This document shows positions 11,369 through 21,150 of a DNA stretch of 64,000 nucleotides, piece after piece. Position 1 is the stretch's first letter, and the number at the start of each line of letters is the position of its first letter. Source of the stretch: Squalus acanthias (lineage: Eukaryota); contig CM059433.1 of assembly GCA_030390025.1 (NCBI GenBank), positions 4,836,001-4,900,000 on the forward strand, read 5' to 3'. Below the pieces are notes generated by a model. It made no database searches, had not been told where the DNA came from, and was given only the letters and a program-made list of their open reading frames with translations. The translations under genes and the position numbers were made by a program.

Positions 11369-13734
11369 AAAGGAGAGCACTGCAAAAAGGGAACAGAATG
11401 AGAGAAAGACTTGTAGATAAACCCAGATATACAGACGACAAGAGTAACTGCATGAATGCCACATAGAGGAAGATAGAAAGGTGGAGTTTGATCCTGAGGC
11501 GAGTAGCAGAGGAGTTAAACAAGCAACAGGAGACCAGAAAACCTGCCTAAGACCTATATAGCTCGATCTGTGCCACTTTTTCCACTGAGCATAATTTTCC
11601 AGTATGCCTTGAAAACTAGCCTAAGGCAGTCTGATTGAAAATGAGCCACAGCCCCATTCAAATATTACAGTGCATTGAAATGGTTTAGTGCCTTTTTCTG
11701 TCTGCTTCGGCTGAGCACTCACATCTCCAATTTGCAATGGGTCACAAGGAAGCTCCATGAATGATGGACCTCTTAAAGCATCTGAAGATTTTACTGGCCA
11801 TTTTTTGTTTTGCAGTTCTGCAGTACACTTTTGGTAAGAGCCTCTGCTAATTTTTGTTAGCATTTTTATGAAAAGGTATTTCAGCCATGTTCTTTTCTCT
11901 CTGCTAAAAGTATGTAAATGTAGAACTAAAATGAGCTCAATACTATCTGTTTATTCACTAAAAAATCAACTGTATTTGAAGCATTTAAAGGATCTAAGCA
12001 GAACGGGGTTGAAAAAAGGGGACATGAAAAAGACTCTTACAACACAAACTTTCATGGAAGTTCAGAAAACTACAAGGCATCGAGGTGAGTTCCTGCTGGT
12101 TGGTAAGTCAAGTTAACTGTATTGATGAGGGTGGGTTTTGAAATGACCTAGCACAGTCCCAACCACTTACACCATCCACGCTTATCATGGGCAGTCGACT
12201 ATATCAGGCAAATAGTGCTAACCATTTACCAGTATGATTTTTAATTATAAAAGATTTATTTGTTTGCTAGACACTTGGATACTGTAATGCAACTTTTGTC
12301 AAACTGCAAAATTTGTCATAAAATATTGTGTAATTTTTACATGATAATATTGTTGCAAAATAACACAGGGTTCCTTGGCTGTTCAACCTTACCAGGCATA
12401 ACAATAGTGTTTCTTGTTCAATGGACTCCCAGCATTTCAGATCTCCAGATGCAATGGAGGGCCACTTTTAATGAGCGGGTCTATGGGGTCTGACACAGAT
12501 ATGAATTCTCATTGGTCTCCTGCTATTGATTGAGATTCAATTGAGTTGGAACATTCAATTATAACCAAGAGAGAATAGACCTCCATCCTAAACTCTAGAC
12601 TAGAACCAAACTTGGGGCTGAATAGGACAATATACTTACCCACTGTGCCATCCCATGTAATTTGTACAAATTGAAAATGCTGGCTAGCATCGGTGTTGCA
12701 TTTGTCCTGTGGTTAACTTTCATTATATTTATGTGGAAAACCCAACCCAATGTACAACTATATTTACTTATCATGATGAGCACCATGGAGTAAGAAACTT
12801 GAAAAAAAAACTCTACAATGTATAAATTACAAAAGTCATACTTTCTTAGTGACTTTAAATGTTTATTTTTAATATTATTACTCACAATTACTTTATGTAC
12901 TTTCCTTGACTGGGAAAATGATTTTATTCTTTGGATAATACAAGTAAAAATCAAATGTACTGTAATTAATTATCAGGAGTAATTCTGATCCATAACTTGG
13001 AAAAATAGGATCCTAAATATGGAAATAATGTAAAAGTTGACCATTTCTTTTTGTATCTGTGTTGTTTAGGTTTAAATAATGACTGTGGATGGTAATGCAA
13101 AGTGAACCTGTTTAGACAGTTGCTGTATTCAAAAGCACATAGTTCAAGTAACCAAATTAGCAACATCTGATGGAAATGATCAAACAGAGAATAAACCATG
13201 TATTATGCAACACACTAGTTTCTGCAAACAATCTTTATAATAGCTAATTAATCAACACCTACACCAGCAGCCTTGAGATGGTTAAATAAAGTTGGCATAA
13301 TCAGTAAAGAATAACAAGAAAATACAACATTCATGTGACACAATTAAACCTGCATTTAAAGTTTTATGAATAATATTTTTGATTATTTTTCACAAGTAAA
13401 ATAAAAATTGAGACAGTAAAACTTAAGTACACAATTATTATATATTTTAAAGCTTCAGAAGAGTTTTACATGATATAATTATACATTATTGTACATAATC
13501 TCCCAAACACCAAAAGGTTGCTCGTGTTAGTTCTAAATATACCAAAGGTGTGTAAAACAAAGTTTAATAAAAACAAATAAGAACATAAGAAAATATAAAA
13601 TACACTTTTGAAGTAGGAATTCTAAACTTGTCTCATAGATTCCACAACAGTTCCGTTATCTCTTGCTTGTTTTTATTCAATATAATATGGTATAGTTAAA
13701 GAAAATAGAGGGAACAGAAAAAGTAACAGAAAAT

Positions 13735-14060
13735 ACAAAAGCAAAATACTGCGGGTGTTGGAAATCTGAAATAAAAACAGAAAATGCTGGAAATACTCAG
13801 CAGGTCAGGCAGCATCTGCGGAGAGAGAAACAGAGTTAAGTTTCAGGTCGATGACCCTTCGTCAGAACTGGAAAAAGCTGGAGATGGAACAGGTTTTTAA
13901 GCAAGTGTAGGGGCAGGGAGAGGGGGGAGGGGAGGAAAGAACAAAAGGGAAGGTCTGTGATAGGGTGGAAGGCAGGAGAGATTAAGAGACAAAAGGGATG
14001 ATGGTGGGAGGCAAAAGGAGATGGTAAAGGAGAAAAAGTAACAGGATGAGACAAGGGAAC
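13735..14060 (-). mobile_element. Penelope-like 3' fragment with hammerhead-type core
   Basis: Minus strand: pyrimidine-rich tract, then CAGTT-CTGACGA-AGGGTCATCGACCT-GAAAC-TTAACT and ...CAGATGCTGCCTGACCTGCTGAG...GCAGTATTTTGCTTTT. Stem III lacks the G seen in the 15729 copy. Confidence 0.75.
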
Positions 14061-15585
14061 TGATTGAAGAAAGGATGGAGAAGTCAGCATCTTATTTTGG
14101 TCACCTTTTCCTGTAAGCTGATAAATTTAACACGTTAGTCGTTTCCTTATAAATATGACTTAGAACACAGCTGGAAAAAAAACTGGCTGATAACGCACAC
14201 CTAAAAAAAAAGATCTGATGTCACCCTGGTAAAATGTAAGCTGAAATTGTCGCAAGGTTACCCCTATTAGTGCCAACTATAGTAATAGTGTGCAAAGCGA
14301 AATATCATCACAGTTTGACTTGCTCAAACTATAGTTAGCTTTCATTTTACTCATTAACGCTATATTTAGTACTTGGGCAACTTTGTTGCAAGCGGCCATG
14401 TGTGGAAAGAAGTACTGTACTATACCGACTTTAACTCAGCATTTATTAGCTATGTGACTAAGTGCGCAACAATTCCCGGGAATTCATTCTTCGGGGGTTT
14501 ACTCAGGAGCTCGGGTTGTGGGCGCGCGTCTCTGATTTCGTTTCTAAATCGAGCTGGCGGACAGTCGGTAGCTATTTTCTCTCTTTTAGTCAGATAGACA
14601 TGTTCTTGGAAAGGAAAAAAAAACTTTCACCAATTAGGTCATCAGAAACAAAACAATCATGTCTGTGACAATTATTTCTGCAGGATGATAATGGCTTCAA
14701 AAAAACTTATACTGGATGTCAAGTTTTAACGAAGTTTCATGATGGAGTTTATTTTTATTTTGCTCCGTTCTCAATCTCGGGGTAAAAAGTGACTTGCACA
14801 GCCCCCGGAATTATTACACTGACAAAACATTACACAAAACACCAACACTATCAGAGTAACTGAAAGCTGTCAGACCCCAATCTTTCTGTTTCCAAAATTA
14901 TGATTAGACACTGAAACATATGAAATGCACCCTAAATTACAAACATGCTTAAAAATAGATTCACAGTCACACTTTTCTTGTTTTCTTTTCTCGAAAGCTT
15001 ATGATTTCCCACAGAGATTAGTTTTAGACTTCAAAGTATCACCATAACGACTTTTGAGCTGACCTCAGTACAACCATGTCAGGATTTAGGAATGTGATCT
15101 ACTTCGGTTTTAAAGTCCCCAAAACAAACTAGATTTAAATCACTCCCTCCTCGGAGCTACATTTTAATTGGTAATGATGATTATCCGCAAGGAATAAATG
15201 CAGATACGGTCGTAAAGACGTTTTGATCGGAGGAACACAATTAGACAGGATTACAATAAATCCGTTCAATATTTTCGATGCTCCATTTTTTGTTCCTGTA
15301 TTGCTTCCCCAATTTAAAATATAATCACGCAAAATTAAAAAAGCGAAGAAATGGAAAAGCCAAAAATGCTCGTACGCGAACTGGTAATACGAAACAAACA
15401 ACAGCAAAACAACCAAATTGTTCATTACCAATTAATTCCCTGTTCACGTCTTATGGACACAACATACTTTCATGACTTCATGATTTAATTGCGACTGCAT
15501 TTGTCACACGGGAATGAAATGACGGCCAGGAATCGGACCGCTTGCAGCTGTCCATGGAGGCGCTGCAGCCGCCACAAGGGCTCAT

Positions 15586-16020
15586 CAGTTCTGACCGAAG
15601 GTACAACGCAAACAGAAAGTTAAACTCGAATACAATCGCAAAATACTGCGGATGCTGGAAATCCGAAATAACAACAGAAAACGCTGGAAAAACTCAGCAG
15701 GCCAGGCAGCATCCGAAGAGAGAAACAGAGTTAACGTTTCAGGTCGAAGACCTTTCGTCAGAACTGGAAAAAAAGCAGGAAATGGAATAGATTTTAAAGC
15801 AAGTTTAGGGGCTGGGAAAAGGGGGAGGGGATGAAAGAACAAAAGGGAAGGTCAGTGATAGGATAGAAAGCAGGAGAGATTGAGAGACATTGAGAGACAT
15901 TAAGAGATATTCAAGGCAAGAAGAGATGGTAATGGGACAGGTTGAGGAACAAAGGATGGCTCTAGATGAAGTGTGAATTGCACTGGCAGAATGAAGGACA
16001 GCTGCCGTGTGGGAGGGAAG
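15586..16020 (-). mobile_element. Penelope-like 3' fragment with intact hammerhead core and degenerate inverted partner
   Basis: Same family as 13735-14060. A partial inverted copy CAGTTCTGACCGAAGG lies near 15586-15601. Confidence 0.75.
15729..15765 (-). ncRNA. Minimal type I hammerhead ribozyme motif
   Basis: Minus strand AGTT-CTGACGA-A-AGGTC-TTC-GACCT-GAAA-CGT-T-AACT: stem I AGTT/AACT, stem II AGGTC/GACCT, palindromic stem III ACGT, putative GUU site. Confidence 0.7.
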
Positions 16021-16269
16021 AAAAAAAGGGGCCAAACTCTCCCAGTGTGAACTGACCAACACTCTGTATTTGCAGCGACAGAATTTTTTTCTACTTCCAG
16101 CTCTCGGGCTCATTTTGTTCTTGCCCTTTGTCGACTGATATAAAAAAAAGCGCCTGTGTTAAAGTTAGCTGCCCCACTGGCTCAACAGGACACTGCCCAG
16201 CTGCCAGGCAAGGTGAGACTGCACCTTCACTCCTCACTCACCAAGGCCCAGGCACACGCACCAGCCAGG

Positions 16270-19237
16270 TGAGGGGAAATTTAGAAAGTTAAAGAGAGAG
16301 GACAAGGCAATAGTGCAGGGTAGCAATAGGGGTAATGATCACCAGAGTGTGACAGGAAGGGACAGAGCGTACAAACATAAAAACATAAGAAATAGGAGCA
16401 GGAGTGGGCCATTTGGCCCCTCGAGCCTGCTCCGCCATTTAATGAGATCATGGCTGATCTTCTACCTCATCTCCACTTTCCCGCACTATCTCCATATCCC
16501 TTGATTCTCTTAATATTCAAAAATCTATCGCTCTTTATCTTGAATATACTCATCGACTGAGCCTCCACAGCCCTCTGGGGTAGAGAATTCCAAAGATTCA
16601 CCACCCTCTGAGTGAAGAAATTTCTCCTCCTCTCAGTGCTAAATGGCCGACCCCTTTATTCTGAGACTGTGATCCCTGGTTCTAGACTCCCCAGCCAGGG
16701 GAAACATCCTCCCTGCATCTACCCTGTCAAGCCCTGTAAGAATTTTGTATGTTTCAATGAGATCACCTCTCATTCTTCTAAACTCTAGAGAATATAGGCC
16801 TAGTCTACTCCATCTCTCCTCATAGGACAATCCCTCCATCCCAGGAACCAGTCTGGTGAACCTTCGTTGCACTCCCTCTATGGCAAGTATATCCTTCCTT
16901 AGGTAAGGAGACCAAAACTGTACACAATACTCCAGGTGTGGTCTCACCAGGGCCCTATATAATGGCAGTAAGAGTACAAACATAAGAGTGTAGCAGCAAA
17001 TAGGGCCAGAGTAGGGAAAAATGTTAAAAAGACAAAATTGAAGGCTCTTTATCTGAATGCACGCAGCATTTGTAACAAGATAAATGAATTGACGGCCCAA
17101 TTAGAAATAAATGGGTATGATCTGATAGTCATTGTAGAGACGTAGTTGCAAGGTGACCAAGGCTGGGAACTGAATATTCTGGGGTATTTGACATTTTGGA
17201 AGGATAGGCAGAAAAGGAAAAGGAGGTGGGGTAGCTCTGTTTATAAAGGATGAGATCAGTGCAGTGCTGAGAAATGATCTTGGCTCGGAAGATCAAGATG
17301 TAGAATCAGTTTGGGTGGAGATAAGAAATACAAAGGGAAAGAAGTCACTGGTGGGAGTAGTCTCTAGGCCCCCTAACAGTAGCTACACTGTGGGGCAGAG
17401 TATAAATCAAGAAATAATGGGGGCTTGTAAGAAAGGTACTGCAATAATTATGGGCGATTGTAATCTTCATATCGATTGGACAAATCAAATTGGCAAAGGT
17501 AGCCTTGAGGACGAGTTCATAGAGTGTATTTGGGACGGTTTCTTAGAACAAATCATTGTGAAATCGACCAGGGAACAGGCTATTTTAGATCTGGTAATGT
17601 GTAATGAGACAGGGTTTATTAATGATCTCATAGTAAAGGATCCTCTGGAGAAGAGTGATCTTAACATGATAAAATTTCACATTCAGTTTGAGGGTGAGAA
17701 ACTTGGGTCTGAAACTAGTGTCTTAAACTTAAATAAAGGCAATTACAAAGGTATGAAGACAGAGTTGGCTAAAATGGACTGGGAAAATAGATTAAATGGT
17801 AAGACGGTAGATAAGCAGTGGCAGATATTTAAGGAGATATTTCATAACTCTCAACAAAGATATATTCCAGTGAGAAAGAAAGACTCTATGAGAAGGATGA
17901 ACCATCCGTGGCTAACTAAGGAAGTTAAGGATGGTATCAAATTGAAAGAAAAGGCATACAATGTTGCAAAGATTAGTGGTAGGCCAGAGGATTGGGAAAT
18001 TTTTAGAAATCAGCAAAGGATGACTAAAAAAATTATAAAGAGGGAGAAAATAGATTATGAGAGAAAACTAGCAAATAATATAAAAACAGACAGTAAGAGC
18101 TTCTACAGGTATATAAAAAGGAAGAGAGTAGCTAAAGTAAACATTGGTCCCTTAGAGGATGAGACTGGGGAATTAATAATGGGAAACAAGGAAATGGCAG
18201 AGACTTTGAACAAATATTTTGTATCTTTCTTCACGGTAGAAGACACTAAAAGCATCCCAATAATAGTAGATAATCAAGGGGCAAAAGGGAGGGAGGAACT
18301 TAAAACAATCACTATCACTCGAGAAAATGTACTGGGCAAACTAATGGAACTAAAGGCTGACAAGTCCCCTGGACCTGATGGCCTGCATCCGAGGGTCTGA
18401 AAAGAGGTGGCTGCAGAGATAGTGGATGCATTGGTTGTGATCTTACAAAATTCCCTAGATTCTGGAAAGGTGCCAGCTGATTGGAAAATCGCAAATGTAA
18501 CGTCCCTATTCAAGAAAGGAGGGAGACAGAAAGCAAGAAACTATAGGCTGGTTAGCCTAACATCTGTCATTGAGAAAATGCTGGAATCCATTATTAAGGG
18601 AGGAGTAACAGAACATTTAGAAAATCATAATACAATCAAGCAGAGTCAAGATGGTTTTATGAAAGGGAAATCATGTTTGACAAATTTGCTGGAGTTCTTT
18701 GAGGATGTAACGAGCAAGGTGGATAAAGGGGAACCAGTAGATGTAGTGTATTTGGATTTCCAAAAGGCATTCGATAAGGTGCCACATAAAAGGTTACTGC
18801 ACAACTTAAGAGCTCATGGTGTTGGGGTAATATATGAGCATGGATAGAGGATTGGCTAACTAACAGAAAACAAAGTCGGGATAAATGGGTCATTTTCAGG
18901 TTGGTAAACTGTAACTGGCGGGGTGTCACAGGGATCAGTGCTGGGGCCTCAACTATTTACAATCTATATTAATGATTTGGATGAAGTGACCGAGTGTACT
19001 GTAGCCAAATTTGCTGACAATACAAAGATAGGTGGGAAAGCAAGTTGTGACGAGGACACAAAGAGTCTGCAAAGGCATATAGATAGGTTAAGTAAATGGG
19101 CAAAAATTTGGCAGATGGAGTATAATGTGGGAAAATGTGAGGTTATCCACTTTGGTAGGAAGAATAGAAAAGCAAAATATTATTTAAATGGAGAGAGACT
19201 ACAGAATGCTGCGGTACAGAAGGATCTGGGTGTCCTC
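16270..19237 (+). mobile_element. CR1 LINE (family B) ORF2: AP-endonuclease and RT, disrupted
   Basis: LYLNARSI (about 17045), KGGGVAL, IIMGDCN, ILDLV, KSPGPDGLHPRV, YLDFQKAFDKVPH, QGSVLGP, FADN. Several stops and frameshifts. Confidence 0.92.
16381..16973 (-). mobile_element. CR1 3' fragment inserted antisense into the CR1 above
   Basis: LYRALVRPHLEYCVQFWSPY...RRMRGDLIETYKIL with an ACATAAGA tail. Direct repeat GTACAAACATAA at 16369-16380 and 16974-16985. Confidence 0.9.
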
Positions 19238-19620
19238 GTACCGCGGCTGCAGTGTGTACCATCTACAAGATGCACTGCAGCAACTCGCCAAGGCTTCTTC
19301 GGCAACACCTCCTAAACCCGCGACCCCTTCCACCTAGAAGGACAAGGGCAGCAGGTGCATGGGAACACCACCACCTCCAAGTTCCCCTCCAAGTCACACA
19401 CCATCCTGACTTGGAAATATATCGGCCGTTCCTTCATCATCGCTGGGTCAAAATCCTGGAACTCTCTCCCTAGCAACACTGCGCGAAGTACCTTTACTAC
19501 ACGGACTGCAACGGTTCAAGAAGGCAGCGGCTCACCACCACCTTCTCGAGGGCGATTAGGGATGGGCATTAAATGCTGGCCTTGCCAGGGACACCACATC
19601 CCGTGAACGAATAAAAAAAA
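19238..19620 (+). mobile_element. CR1 family A 3' fragment
   Basis: Homologous to 10096-10460 (GCAGTGTGTACCATCTACAAGATGCACTGC...GAATAAAAAAAA). Confidence 0.88.
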
Positions 19621-19910
19621 ATTCTTCTAAACTCTAGAGAATATAGGCCTAGTCTAGCAGGCTCGAGGGGCCAAATGGTCTACTCCTGCTCCTATTTCTT
19701 ATGTTCTTGTGTGGACGCAAATTAGATCTCATCCTAAAATATATCACCAGCCGGCGGAAACATCCTCCCTGCATCTACCCTGTAAAGAATTTTGTATGTT
19801 TCAGTGAGATCACCTCTCATTCTTCTAAACTCTAGGGAATATAGGCCTAGGCTAGCAGGCTCGAAGGCGGGGGCGGCCCGAATGGTCTGCTCCTGTGCTG
19901 CTGATGTTCC
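19621..19910. mobile_element. Two rearranged CR1 end fragments, each an antisense piece fused to a sense tail
   Basis: ATTCTTCTAAACTCTAGRGAATATAGGCCTAG (antisense CR1) fused to AGCAGGCTCGA...CTCCTG (sense tail), present twice. Confidence 0.7.
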
Positions 19911-19919
19911 CAGCCCCGT

Positions 19920-20592
19920 GGAGACGCGCGCGCACGCACACACACAGGCGCGAGCACGAGCATGCACACACAGACACACGCACGCACACACAGGCGCGAG
20001 CATGAGCATGCACGCACACACGCATGAGCACACACACACATGCATGAGCACACACACATACATACATGAGCATGCGCACACAGACACGCGCGCGCGAGTA
20101 CGAGCACGCACACACTGACACACGTACGCACACAGGCACATGCACTACACACGCATGAGCACGCGCACACGCACACATACACGAGCACGCACACACAGAC
20201 ACACACATGCATGCACGCACAGACACACGCACACACGCACGAGCACGCACGCACGCACAGACACAGGCGCGCGAGCACGAACACAGAGAGAGAGAGACAC
20301 ACGCCGATGCGAGCACGCGCACGCACACAGAGAGGCACACGCAGGACGCGAGCACGCACACACAGACACACACATGCATGCACACACAGACACACGCACG
20401 AGCACGCACACCCGCACGAGCACGCACGCACGCACGTACAGACACAGGCGCGCGAGCACGAACACAGAGAGAGAGAGACACACACGCCGACGCGAGCACG
20501 CGCACGCACACAGAGAGGCACACGCAGGACGCGAGCACGCACACACGCACACAGCGAGGCACTCGCAGGACGCGAGCACGCACACACGCGCG
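19920..20592. repeat. Complex (CA)/(CG) alternating purine-pyrimidine repeat with higher-order duplication
   Basis: About 670 bp of CA/CG/GA dinucleotides. A roughly 170-190 bp block occurs twice between about 20190 and 20550. Confidence 0.92.
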
Positions 20593-21150
20593 ATTCTCAA
20601 ACTCTGGCTCCGCTGCTCCCGTCAGCCCTCGGCGCGGCGAGGCGAATTCCGATGACGTAAAGCGGGTCCGGTGCGGAGCGGAGGAGCGGAGAGGCGGCGC
20701 GGGCTCGGGGCTGTGCGAGTCTTGTTGTTGGTGCTGCGGGGAAGGAAGGCGGGCGCTGCGAGAGGCGGCTCGCCATTCACAACCGGCGACAGAGGCGGCC
20801 GTTCACCCGGGATAGGCGCGGCCGGCGGAGCGAGAAGTGAGGGGGCCGTCCCGCTTCATCTTATGTCTCTGGCAAAGTTTCCCCTCAGCCTCTCTCTTCC
20901 CGAAGGCAGCTGTTTTAGGCCCAGGCTGCCGTGGCCTGTGAGGAGACGGCGATAAGTGTCCCCCCCCTCCGGCCGTCCCTCGCCCAGAGGAAAAACTCGG
21001 CCGTCACAATTGCAGCGGGCAGAAAGAAAGGATCGCGTTTACCTTCGAGATGTCGGCGTCGGCGGATAACCTGAAGACGCGGCTGAAAAAGCTCGAAGCG
21101 ATGATCAGGGACCCCAAGTCGCCCATCAACGCGGAAAGTTTGTTGGTGAG
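20593..21150 (+). promoter_or_regulatory. CpG island, promoter and 5' UTR of ROCK2
   Basis: High GC and CpG content directly upstream of the ATG. CRE/ATF-like TGACGTAA at 20653-20660. Confidence 0.85.
21050..21145 (+). CDS. ROCK2: Rho-associated coiled-coil kinase 2, coding exon 1 (MSASADNLKTRLKKLEAMIRDPKSPINAESLL)
   Basis: Matches the ROCK2 N-terminus KLEALIRDPRSPINVESLL better than ROCK1 RDPKSEVNSDCLL. Phase-0 donor TTG|GTGAGT at the conserved ROCK exon-1 boundary. Confidence 0.88.

Noticed and set aside
10711..11522. Three 224-241 aa minus-strand ORFs
   Set aside because: They are translations of the 20-bp minisatellite.
17264..18400. 378-aa ORF as a host gene or active element
   Set aside because: It is an internal CR1 ORF2 segment bounded by stops and frameshifts, and the element is interrupted at both ends.
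19734..20815. Overlapping Cys/Val- and His/Thr-rich ORFs
   Set aside because: Artefacts of the CA/CG repeat.
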